Source of the DNA: Propionibacteriales bacterium
GTDB lineage: Bacteria; Actinomycetota; Actinomycetes; Propionibacteriales; Nocardioidaceae
NCBI GenBank assembly: GCA_025929075.1
Contig: JAICMS010000006.1
Coordinates: 26,500 to 50,499 of the forward strand
Length of the DNA: 24,000 nt
Reading direction: 5' to 3'
Shown: in pieces, positions 1-7,010 of the stretch
Layout: the number at the start of each line of letters is the position of its first letter
Numbering within the stretch: the first letter of the stretch is position 1
Translations under genes and position numbers: made by a program
The notes under the pieces: generated by a model
Told to the model about the DNA's origin: nothing
The model's database searches: none
The model's input: the letters and a program-made list of their open reading frames with translations, nothing else

Positions 1-14
1 TAGGCTGGGCCGCG

Positions 15-677
15 ATGACCGACAGTCCCGAAGGCCCCGAGCGCGACGATCTTCACGACGCCGACCGGCGCGCTGACGACAACGAGTCGGTGGAGGAGCG
101 GACGGCGCGGTTCGAGCGGGATGCGCTCGTCTACCTCGACCAGCTCTACTCCGCCGCGATGCGGATGACGCGGAATCCCCACGACGCCGAAGACCTCGTC
201 CAGGAGACGTACGCAAAAGCATTCGCGGCGTTCCACCAGTTTCGCGAGGGCACCAACCTCAAGGCGTGGCTCTACCGCATCCTGACCAACGCGTTCATCA
301 ACAACTACCGCAAGAAGCAGCGCCAGCCGGTCCAGGACTCCCACGAGCAGATCGAGGACTGGCAGCTCGCTCGGGCTGCAACCCACACGTCGACGGGGCT
401 GAAGTCGGCGGAGGCGTCGGCGCTGGAGCACCTGCCGGACAGCGACGTCAAGGACGCGCTGCAGCAGATCCCCGAGGACTTCCGGCTGGCGGTCTATCTC
501 GCCGACGTCGAGGGATTCGCCTACAAGGAGATCGCGGAGATCATGGGTACGCCGATCGGAACCGTGATGTCGCGACTGCACCGTGGTCGCAGCCAGCTCA
601 GGACGCTGCTCGCCGACTATGCGCGCGAGCGGGGCATGATCCCTGGCGAGCAGCCGGTAGCGGGGGTGCACCGGTGA
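15..677 (+). CDS. sigH: ECF RNA polymerase sigma factor, SigH/SigR redox-stress type
   Basis: 220-aa ORF with sigma-70 region 2 ([11 protein letters not shown]...[24 protein letters not shown]) and region 4 ([25 protein letters not shown]). It is colinear by eye with mycobacterial SigH. Its TGA (675-677) overlaps the GTG (674-676) of a ZAS anti-sigma gene. Confidence 0.9.
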   Translation: MTDSPEGPERDDLHDADRRADDNESVEERTARFERDALVYLDQLYSAAMRMTRNPHDAEDLVQETYAKAFAAFHQFREGTNLKAWLYRILTNAFINNYRKKQRQPVQDSHEQIEDWQLARAATHTSTGLKSAEASALEHLPDSDVKDALQQIPEDFRLAVYLADVEGFAYKEIAEIMGTPIGTVMSRLHRGRSQLRTLLADYARERGMIPGEQPVAGVHR

Positions 678-952
678 GCACTGAGCACGAGCACGACGCC
701 GACTGTCGAGAGGTCCTCGAGCGGGTCTACTTCTTCATCGACAACGAGCTCGACCACGCCAGCCGCGCACAGATCGAGGAACACCTGACCGCCTGCGCCC
801 CGTGCGTGCAAGAGGTCGACCTCGAGCGCATGGTCAAGGCGCTGATCGCCAGGTCGTGCCGTGAGCACGCGCCGGTCGAGCTGCGGCAACGCGTGATGTT
901 CTCGATCCGGCAGGTCCAGATCGAGGTGCGCCGCGAGTCACCCTTCGACTGA
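674..952 (+). CDS. rshA: Zinc-associated anti-sigma factor (ZAS), RshA/RsrA type
   Basis: Lies in frame inside track ORF 266..952, whose upstream part is an overlap artefact. GTG at 674 forms a GTGA overlap with the sigH stop. The 92-aa product carries the HxxxCxxC motif ([10 protein letters not shown]) plus an upstream Cys (DADCREVL), as in RsrA/RshA. Confidence 0.85.
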   Translation: MSTEHEHDADCREVLERVYFFIDNELDHASRAQIEEHLTACAPCVQEVDLERMVKALIARSCREHAPVELRQRVMFSIRQVQIEVRRESPFD

Positions 953-970
953 CTGCGCCCCCGGGCGAGA

Positions 971-1045
971 CTAGGTGTTGGGGCGCTTGCCGTGGTTGGC
1001 GGCCTTCTTGCGCCGGGCACGCCGCTTGCGGCCGGTCTTGCTCAT
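971..1045 (-). CDS. 24-aa lysine/arginine-rich peptide resembling actinobacterial 50S ribosomal protein bL37
   Basis: Hand translation of the minus strand gives ATG(1045)..TAG(971) = MSKTGRKRRARRKKAANHGKRPNT. A strong SD (GAAGGAGAT) ends about 5 nt upstream. The sequence pattern matches my memory of bL37 (xKRGRKRRxRRKKxANHGKRPN). It is below the 60-aa cut-off of the ORF track. Confidence 0.7.
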   Translation of the reverse strand: MSKTGRKRRARRKKAANHGKRPNT

Positions 1046-1073
1046 CGGATCTCCTTCGGTCGGGCGACAGGCC

Positions 1074-1103
1074 ATTCTCGCAGGGCTGCCCTGCCCCGAC
1101 CAA
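1074..1103 (-). promoter_or_regulatory. Candidate sigma-A type promoter for the bL37-like gene
   Basis: Minus strand reads TTGGTC (1103-1098), an 18-nt spacer, then GAGAAT (1079-1074), about 28 nt upstream of the ATG. The spacer contains the 15-bp palindrome GCAGGGCTGCCCTGC (1080-1094). Motif match only. Confidence 0.3.
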
Positions 1104-1111
1104 ACCCGCGG

Positions 1112-2875
1112 TCAGACGCCGAACGTCGAGCGCGGGTAGGCGACCTCGGGGTCGGTGATCACGTTGACCAGGTACGGCACACCGGCGGAGAAGGCGCGGT
1201 CCAGCGCCGGGCCGATCTGGGCAGCGGTGGTCACGGTCTCGCCGGCGCCGCCTAAGGCGCGCACGACCTCGTCGTACCTCGTCTCCTCTCCGAGGTCGGC
1301 GGCGACGTCATAGCCGAGCAGCATCCGCATGGGGTGCTTCTCGAGACCCCAGCCGGAGTTGTTGCCGACGACCATGACGACCGGTAGCCGGTGTCTGACC
1401 AAAGTGTCGACGTCCATCAGCGAGAACCCGGCGGCGCCGTCGCCGAGCAGCAGCACGACCTGTGCGGAGGGTCGCTCGAGCCGGGCCGCGATCGCCGCAC
1501 CGAGACCGGCGCCGAGGCAGCCGAACGGCCCTGGGTCGAGCCACCCGCCGGGCCGGGCCGGCTCGACGAACTTCCCGGCGAACGACACAAAGTCACCACC
1601 GTCGCCGATGAGTACGCCGTCGTCGGCAAGCCGGGGCAGCAGATCGCCGTAGACCCGAGCCGGGTGGATGGGGTCGGCATCGGCGTGCAGCAAGTCCTCG
1701 TCTCGTGCCTGGGCCGCCTTCGTGGCTTGTTGCAGCTGCCAGAGCCAGTCGCCCCAGCCCGTCGCCTGGGTGCTACCGGCGTCGGGAGCGGTCAGCGCAT
1801 CGAGCAGGCCTGCCAGTGCAGTAGGCAGGTCGCCCGAGACAGCCGCGGCGAGGTCGACATGGCGGCTGATCTGCTCGGCCGAGTCCGCGATGTGCACGAC
1901 CTTGGCCGGCTGAGCGCCGCCCTTGCCCCCGAACCTGCCGTAGCCCAGCCGAAAGTCCAACGGGGTCCCCACCACAACCACCAGGTCACAGCCGCCGAAT
2001 GCGGCGGTCCGGGCTCGCGTGACCAGTTGCGGGTGGCCGGCTGGGATCACGCCCCGTGCCATCCCGTTGGTGATCACCGGCAGGCCGGTCTCCTCCACCA
2101 GCCGCAGCGCCGCCTCCTCCGCGCCGTCGGCCCAGACGTCCGTGCCGAGCACCAACACCGGCCGGGCGGACTCGGCGAGCAGGTCGGCGACCGACGCGAC
2201 AGCCTCGGGGTCGGGGTCGTCGGCCGCCGGCTGTGTCGGTTCCGGCACGGCGTCCGGGCCTAGCGGAGCGAAGAAGTAGTCGATGGGTACGTCGACGAAA
2301 GCCGGCCCCCGATGCGCCGTACTCGCGGCCCGGAAGCACTGCTCGACCGTGGCCGGGACGTCCGCTGGGCTGGCGGCGGTGGTGGCCAGCTTGGTCACGG
2401 GGCCGACTACCGCGGGATGGTCGAGCTCCTGCAGGCCGCCCATGCCCCAATGCACGGCGGCGGCCCGGCCGCCCAGCACGACCAGAGGAGAGCCCGCGAG
2501 CCTGGCCTGAGCCAGGGCACTGACTCCATTAGTGACGCCGGGACCGGCCGTCAATACGGCGAACCCGGGGCGCCTAGTGAGCTTGCCGGTCGCCTCGGCG
2601 GCAAACACGGCGGTCGCCTCGTGGCGGACGTCGAGGATGCGCATCGGTGCCTCCGCCTTGACGGCTGCGTCGTAGAGCGGGAAGACGTGCGCGCCGGAGA
2701 GCGTGAACAGCGTCTCGACGCCGTGGCGTCTGGCAACAGCGAGTGCGGCATGGCCGGCGTGCGAGCTATCCCGATCGGGCAGCGGAGGAAGGGAGCTGGG
2801 CGCCGATGACGAGCCACCTCCTGCAGAGTGTGTGGACGGGCCACCCGCCGCGGACGGGTCGGAGTCACAAGGCAT
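1112..2875 (-). CDS. Thiamine-diphosphate-dependent enzyme, acetolactate synthase large-subunit-like
   Basis: 587-aa ORF with an N-terminal ThDP pyrimidine-binding fold (GVETLFTLSGAHVFPLYDA...HEATAVFAAEA) and a C-terminal ThDP motif (GDGAAGFSLMDVDTLVRHRLPVVMVVGNN). The first ~38 codons are Ser/Pro/Gly-rich with lower GC3, so the start is uncertain, but 2875 is the only ATG upstream of the conserved core. Confidence 0.85.
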   Translation of the reverse strand: MPCDSDPSAAGGPSTHSAGGGSSSAPSSLPPLPDRDSSHAGHAALAVARRHGVETLFTLSGAHVFPLYDAAVKAEAPMRILDVRHEATAVFAAEATGKLTRRPGFAVLTAGPGVTNGVSALAQARLAGSPLVVLGGRAAAVHWGMGGLQELDHPAVVGPVTKLATTAASPADVPATVEQCFRAASTAHRGPAFVDVPIDYFFAPLGPDAVPEPTQPAADDPDPEAVASVADLLAESARPVLVLGTDVWADGAEEAALRLVEETGLPVITNGMARGVIPAGHPQLVTRARTAAFGGCDLVVVVGTPLDFRLGYGRFGGKGGAQPAKVVHIADSAEQISRHVDLAAAVSGDLPTALAGLLDALTAPDAGSTQATGWGDWLWQLQQATKAAQARDEDLLHADADPIHPARVYGDLLPRLADDGVLIGDGGDFVSFAGKFVEPARPGGWLDPGPFGCLGAGLGAAIAARLERPSAQVVLLLGDGAAGFSLMDVDTLVRHRLPVVMVVGNNSGWGLEKHPMRMLLGYDVAADLGEETRYDEVVRALGGAGETVTTAAQIGPALDRAFSAGVPYLVNVITDPEVAYPRSTFGV

Positions 2876-2876
2876 C

Positions 2877-2910
2877 TGTCTAGTGTCGCGTGCTGTCTAG
2901 TGCCGCGTGC
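2877..2910. repeat. Tandem direct duplication, 2 x 17 bp (TGTCTAGTGTCGCGTGC / TGTCTAGTGCCGCGTGC)
   Basis: Read directly: 16/17 identical copies at 2877-2893 and 2894-2910. The second copy contains the stop codon (2897-2899) of the DUF2785-like gene. The first copy sits 2 nt from the ATG (2875) of the ThDP enzyme gene. Confidence 0.9.
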
Positions 2911-3790
2911 TAGGCCGGGTGTAGAGCCAGGGCGTGAAGCGCGGAATGGTCAGCAGTAGAGCCAGCAGGACGTCGGGCCGGCAGGCGGGCATCTCGACGA
3001 AGTCGCTGGGTGCGTCCTGAGGGGAGATGCCGATCGAGATGTGGGCGTACAACGCGCGGAGGAAGTTGGAGGTGTTGCGGGCGGCGAAGGTGGGCCCGGC
3101 CGGCTTCTGCAGGGGCGGCTGTCCGACCTCGGCCGCAGCCGCAAGCGTCTCGACCCAGTCCTCGAGCCACCCGGAGTCGAGCAGGTTGCGCTGCAGCACG
3201 GTGAGCACGGCGTAGGCCAGTCGGTCGTCCTCGCCGTCGACGAGGACGCGAGTGGCATTGGTCGTGAGGCGCTCGGCGACGACGTCCAGCAGGACGCCGA
3301 GCTGGTCCGCATCAAGATGACGCGAGCGCCCGAGCGCCGTCACCAAGTCGGCGCCGTGTGCCATCGTGTGCGCCCAGCCCTTGCCGTCCACCCAGCCGCG
3401 CAGGTCGCGTTCCCGGGTAAACCACTCGATCGCCCGCTCCGCCCACTTCAGGGCGACATCGATCGGCACCAGGTGGGCGGCGTTGTCGCGTTCGACGCAG
3501 CTGGCGAGCACCAGCGCGGAGAAGCTGCGCCGGAAGACCGCGTCACCCTCCAAGCTGCCGAGCTCCACCCTCAGCCCGTTGCATATCGCGTCGCCGAAAC
3601 TGACCAGCAGGGCGTCGTAGACACCATCGGCGATCCAAGCCGCGAGCACCGAGTACGCGACCTCGTCGCGCTCGACCGGGTCGGCGGAGCCGAGCATGGT
3701 GACCAGCTCGGCCGTGAGCTCGGGAAGTGGCCGGTCGTCCGGCACGGCCATCTCGGACTCAAGCACCCGTTGCCAGAACCCGCCGGCCAT
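2897..3790 (-). CDS. DUF2785-like helical-repeat protein (function unknown)
   Basis: 297-aa ORF with high GC3. Motifs LGSADPVERDEVAYSVLAAWI, FRRSFSALVLA and ERDLRGWV..KGWAHTMAHGADL match my memory of the DUF2785 family. Confidence 0.7.
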   Translation of the reverse strand: MAGGFWQRVLESEMAVPDDRPLPELTAELVTMLGSADPVERDEVAYSVLAAWIADGVYDALLVSFGDAICNGLRVELGSLEGDAVFRRSFSALVLASCVERDNAAHLVPIDVALKWAERAIEWFTRERDLRGWVDGKGWAHTMAHGADLVTALGRSRHLDADQLGVLLDVVAERLTTNATRVLVDGEDDRLAYAVLTVLQRNLLDSGWLEDWVETLAAAAEVGQPPLQKPAGPTFAARNTSNFLRALYAHISIGISPQDAPSDFVEMPACRPDVLLALLLTIPRFTPWLYTRPSTRH

Positions 3791-3955
3791 GCGGCCATCC
3801 TCGCACAGCGTCGGCGACTCGATCAGGCCATCGACGAGGTCCTCAGCAAGCCAGTGGACAGTCGTCGCATTGCTCGCCCGCGACTGGGCGAAACGTCACA
3901 TCCGCACCGACACGCCGGCAAAACCGGTACGTTGGCGCCGTCTCGGCGGACGGGG

Positions 3956-4204
3956 TTAGGCGCGGATCTTGGCGCGGGCGTTACGGCGCTTGAGCGCGCG
4001 GCGCTCGTCTTCGGACATGCCGCCCCACACACCGTGGTCCTGACCGGCCTCGAGGGCCCAGGCCAGGCACTGCTCGCGGACCTCGCAGCGGCGACAGACG
4101 GCCTTGGCCTCCTCGATCTGGAGGAGCGCCGGACCGGTGTTGCCGATGGGGAAGAAGAGCTCAGGGTCCTCATCGAGGCAAGCAGCCCGGTGACGCCAGT
4201 CCAC
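3956..4204 (-). CDS. whiB1: WhiB-family [4Fe-4S] transcriptional regulator, WhiB1 type
   Basis: VDWRHRAACLDEDPELFFP...CRRCEVREQCLAWALEAGQDHGVWGGMSEDERRALKRRNARAKIRA has four Cys, the GVWGG turn and a basic tail, and is near-colinear with M. tuberculosis WhiB1. I chose GTG 4204 because GGAG lies 10 nt upstream and the homologue starts at MDWRH. The track ORF extends 7 codons to GTG 4225. Confidence 0.9.
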   Translation of the reverse strand: MDWRHRAACLDEDPELFFPIGNTGPALLQIEEAKAVCRRCEVREQCLAWALEAGQDHGVWGGMSEDERRALKRRNARAKIRA

Positions 4205-4234
4205 GGTGATCCAGCTCCTCTTCACATCGGTGGC

Positions 4235-4259
4235 TGCTCGTGAAGCGATTCACGAGCAG
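4235..4259. promoter_or_regulatory. 25-bp perfect palindrome with CRP/FNR-like GTGA-N6-TCAC core upstream of whiB1
   Basis: The arms CTGCTCGTGAA (4235-4245) and TTCACGAGCAG (4249-4259) are exact reverse complements around GCG. The core GTGAAGCGATTCAC is centred about 43 nt upstream of the whiB1 GTG. It may be a protein operator or an 11-bp RNA stem in the leader. Confidence 0.4.
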
Positions 4260-4377
4260 TTCCCTACTCCTGCCTCCGGGGGGCAGTCGTCAGGATGGGT
4301 GCAGCGCAGGAACGCTGCTGTGCACATGCATCTCCGATCGTTGCAAGAGAAACTCCCGCACACAACCCCTGGGCGGC

Positions 4378-4393
4378 TGTCACTTTGGTCACA
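4378..4393. promoter_or_regulatory. Second CRP-like site TGTCA-N6-TCACA upstream of whiB1
   Basis: TGTCACTTTGGTCACA has one mismatch to TGTGA-N6-TCACA and lies about 180 nt upstream of the whiB1 start. Motif match only. Confidence 0.3.
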
Positions 4394-4555
4394 ACGGGCT
4401 AATGCCGACGCCCAAACGGGCCGGTGTACCGCCATCTTCGCCCCTTTCGCGCAGCCGGTCGGCTGCCGGCAGCGCCCGGATGGGTCAACCGTCCGCTAGC
4501 CCGGATACCCCGTCGGCCGGGGCCGAGACGCCGTACCCGGCACTAGACTCGCCAC

Positions 4556-5134
4556 GTGACCGACCCAGCGCGCGCCGGCTCCAAGGCCGCCGGCAGCAAG
4601 AAGTCGGGCAACCGGCCGGGCCGGGCCGCCACCACCGCTGCGGTATCCCCCGGTGCCGCCTCGACAGCGCGGCCGACTGACCAGGCGACTGACCGGGCGA
4701 CTGACCGGGCGACGGGGGCTGCTGACGCCGCCCGCGTCGCGGGCCGGCTGCGGTTCGCCGCCGGCATCTGCCTCTTGGAAGCGCTCGCCGCGCTCGCGCT
4801 GGCAGGGGTGGAGCTGGCAAGCCTGGACTCCAAGCGGTTGAGTGCGGGCGTCACCACGGCGGTCTTCTTCGGCCTGTATGCCGCCGGGCTGGCGTGGTCA
4901 GCTCGGGGACTCGCCCGAGCGAGCAGCTGGAGCCGGGGCCCGATCGTGCTTGCGCAGCTGATTCAGCTGGGAGTCGCCTGGAGCTTCCATGGCGGCCTGT
5001 CGACCTGGATCACCGTGGCGCTGGCCGTCCCCGCGATCATCGTCCTGATCGTGGTCTTCTCACCCGACACGACGACTGCCCTCTACGGACAACGTGCTGC
5101 GGGCGGCGGCGAGACCGACAGGACACAAACCTGA
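4556..5134 (+). CDS. Integral membrane protein of unknown function with disordered basic N-terminus
   Basis: 192-aa ORF with a GTG start. The C-terminal ~130 aa contain about four hydrophobic segments (ICLLEALAALALAGV, VTTAVFFGLYAAGLAW, IVLAQLIQLGVAW, WITVALAVPAIIVLIVVF). The N-terminus is Ala/Arg/Thr-rich, so the start is uncertain. Confidence 0.6.
   Translation: MTDPARAGSKAAGSKKSGNRPGRAATTAAVSPGAASTARPTDQATDRATDRATGAADAARVAGRLRFAAGICLLEALAALALAGVELASLDSKRLSAGVTTAVFFGLYAAGLAWSARGLARASSWSRGPIVLAQLIQLGVAWSFHGGLSTWITVALAVPAIIVLIVVFSPDTTTALYGQRAAGGGETDRTQT
4674..4713 (+). repeat. In-frame 12-bp tandem repeat, about 3.3 copies (CGACTGACCRGG)
   Basis: Copies read directly at 4674-4685, 4686-4697 and 4698-4709, plus a partial copy. 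They encode TDQA-TDRA-TDRA-TG in the N-terminal tail of the membrane protein. Confidence 0.9.
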
Positions 5135-5189
5135 CGATCGTCGCCTAGCGGCCCATCGGGACGACCGGGGGGCTCTGGGCTGCGGTGCC

Positions 5190-5591
5190 TCAGCCCTGCT
5201 GCGTCTCGGCGAAGATCTTGGCGATCTCGTCGATCTTGGCGAGTAGCTCGTCGGCTGCCGAGGCGTCCGTGCTGCCCTTGGTACCGGAGGCACCGGCAAG
5301 CTTGGTCGCCTCGTTGAACAGCGTGTGCAGCTGCGGGTACTTCTCGAAGTGCGGCGGCTTGAAGTAGTCGGTCCACAGCACCCACAGGTGGTGCTTGACG
5401 AGCTCGGAGCGCTGCTCCTTGATGATGATGGCGCGGGTCCGGAAGTCGGGGTCGTCGTTCTCGGCCATCTTGGAGATGATCTGCTTGATCGACTGCGCTT
5501 CGATCCGCGCCTGCGCCGGGTCGTACACGCCACACGGCAGGTCGCAGTGGGCGGACACTTCGATGGTGGGAGCAAAGAGTCGAGCAAGCAT
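5190..5591 (-). CDS. sodN: Nickel-containing superoxide dismutase precursor
   Basis: MLARLFAPTIEVSA|HCDLPCGVYDPAQARIEA... has the Ni-hook HCxxPCGxY immediately after a 14-aa propeptide and is colinear with Streptomyces SodN. I chose ATG 5591 (GAGAGAGGA SD 7 nt upstream). The track ORF begins 6 codons earlier at GTG 5609. Confidence 0.95.
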   Translation of the reverse strand: MLARLFAPTIEVSAHCDLPCGVYDPAQARIEAQSIKQIISKMAENDDPDFRTRAIIIKEQRSELVKHHLWVLWTDYFKPPHFEKYPQLHTLFNEATKLAGASGTKGSTDASAADELLAKIDEIAKIFAETQQG

Positions 5592-5616
5592 GAGGAAGTC
5601 CTCTCTCACGAGGTGA

Positions 5617-5633
5617 TGTCCGTGTCTCGGACA
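5617..5633. promoter_or_regulatory. Inverted repeat TGTCCG-N5-CGGACA in the sodN/sodX divergent intergenic region
   Basis: Read directly, 26 nt upstream of the sodN ATG and 29 nt upstream of the sodX ATG. No known operator consensus recognised. Confidence 0.25.
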
Positions 5634-5661
5634 CTACCCCCCAACGCCGGAGGTCAATCCG

Positions 5662-5994
5662 ATGGGCGCAGCGCTGCCGCTCGGCATGGCAATCGTCCGG
5701 GGCCGCTCGATGGAGCCGACACTGCATGACGGAGACCGGCTGCTGGTGAAGTACGGCGACCAGCCGAGGCCCGGCCAGATCGTGGTGGTGCGGTTGCCCG
5801 GTCGGCCGGTGGCGGTCAAACGCGCGATGCGTGCCGTCGACGGCGGATGGTGGGTCGAGCGCGACAACCCCGACGAGGGGGTGGACTCGTGGCAGGTCGG
5901 CCCCGTGCCCGCCGCCGACGTCGTCGGTCGTGTGGTCTGCCGGCTGTGGCCGCTGCTGCGGCGCAACCCCGGCAGCCTGCGTCGGCGCCGTTAG
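5662..5994 (+). CDS. sodX: NiSOD maturation endopeptidase (S26 signal-peptidase family)
   Basis: 110-aa ORF divergent from sodN. It has the catalytic-Ser motif GRSMEPTL and the LLV..G / VVVR..G...VKR pattern of small S26 peptidases. GGAGG lies 8 nt upstream of the ATG. Confidence 0.9.
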   Translation: MGAALPLGMAIVRGRSMEPTLHDGDRLLVKYGDQPRPGQIVVVRLPGRPVAVKRAMRAVDGGWWVERDNPDEGVDSWQVGPVPAADVVGRVVCRLWPLLRRNPGSLRRRR

Positions 5995-6004
5995 GCTGCC
6001 AGGC

Positions 6005-6973
6005 ATGTTCGCCGTCTACGCAGACTCCATCGACCGCCACGACCCGCTGTCTGGGTTGGTGATCGGGGAGCGACCGGACCCGCAGCCCCAGTCCGGTTGG
6101 GCGAAGGTCACGGTGAAGGCGGCGGCGCTCAACCAGCACGACATCTGGTCGTTGCGTGGCGTTGGGCTTCCGACGGAGCGGTTGCCGATGGTGCTGGGGT
6201 GCGATGCGGCGGGCCTCGACGAGGAAGGTCGGCCAGTCGCCGTACACGCCGTCATCAGTGACCCGTCGTGGCGCGGAGACGAGACGCTCGACCCCAAGCG
6301 CACCCTCCTGTCGGAGCTCCACCAGGGGACGTTCGCCGAGACGGTCGTGGTCCCACGGCGCAACCTCGTGCCGAAGCCGGAATCGATGTCGTTCGAAGAA
6401 GCGGCGTGCCTGCCGACGGCCTGGTTGACCGCCTACCGGATGTTGTTCGCCCAGGGCCGGCTCAAGCCGGGGGACGCGGTCCTCGTTCAAGGTGCGGGCG
6501 GTGGAGTCTCCACGGCACTGGTCAGCCTGGCCCGCTGTGCCGGCCTCCGGGTCTACGCGACCAGCCGGGACGAGGCCAAGCGCCGGCGGGTGGTCGAGAT
6601 CGGCGCGCACGAGGCGTTCGAGCCCGGTGCCAGACTGCCGCAGCGGGTCGACGCGGTGATGGAGACCGTCGGCGCAGCGACCTGGGGCCACTCGCTGCGA
6701 TCACTGCGTCCGGGCGGGACGGTCGTGCTGGCCGGCGCCACTTCGGGAAGTGCGCCAGACAACGCCGAACTCAACCGGATCTTCTTCCTCCAGCTGCGGG
6801 TGCAGGGGTCGACGATGGGGACACTCGACGAGCTGCGCGAGCTGGTCAACCTGCTCGAGCTGACCGGCACCAAGCCGGTCATCGACACGGTGCTGCCGAT
6901 GGACCAGGCGCGCTCGGGCTTCGAGGCGCTGCTGCACGGTGACGTCTTCGGCAAGGTGGTCTTCACCCTCTAA
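6005..6973 (+). CDS. Medium-chain dehydrogenase/reductase, quinone oxidoreductase-like (NAD(P)H dependent)
   Basis: In frame within track ORF 5831..6973. ATG 6005 lies 10 nt after the sodX stop. GroES-like N-domain (KVTVKAAALNQHDIW), Rossmann motif (VLVQGAGGGVSTALVSLARCAG) and a C-terminal GKVVFTL tail. Confidence 0.85.
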   Translation: MFAVYADSIDRHDPLSGLVIGERPDPQPQSGWAKVTVKAAALNQHDIWSLRGVGLPTERLPMVLGCDAAGLDEEGRPVAVHAVISDPSWRGDETLDPKRTLLSELHQGTFAETVVVPRRNLVPKPESMSFEEAACLPTAWLTAYRMLFAQGRLKPGDAVLVQGAGGGVSTALVSLARCAGLRVYATSRDEAKRRRVVEIGAHEAFEPGARLPQRVDAVMETVGAATWGHSLRSLRPGGTVVLAGATSGSAPDNAELNRIFFLQLRVQGSTMGTLDELRELVNLLELTGTKPVIDTVLPMDQARSGFEALLHGDVFGKVVFTL

Positions 6974-7010
6974 CCCCACGCCTGCGAATGGGGCGGGGTG
7001 AGGAGTCAGG

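Noticed and set aside
3912-3932. ACGCCGG-CAAAA-CCGGTACGT hairpin downstream of whiB1
   Set aside because: It has a 4-bp core stem plus 3 bp after a bulge. It is a marginal terminator candidate at best.
3041-4243. 400-aa + strand ORF spanning the DUF2785-like gene and whiB1
   Set aside because: It is antisense to two genes with clear family motifs, and it crosses their intergenic region. Its composition is typical of a GC-rich shadow frame.
5083-6691. Minus-strand ORFs 5083..6006 (307 aa) and 5816..6691 (291 aa)
   Set aside because: They overlap sodN in another frame, and run antisense to sodX and the MDR oxidoreductase. The translations are Arg/Pro/Gly-rich with no domain signature.
6973-6999. 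Possible terminator hairpin between the MDR oxidoreductase and sulfatase genes (ACCCC...GGGGT)
   Set aside because: Only about 5 contiguous base pairs can form, followed by mismatches. This is too weak to call.
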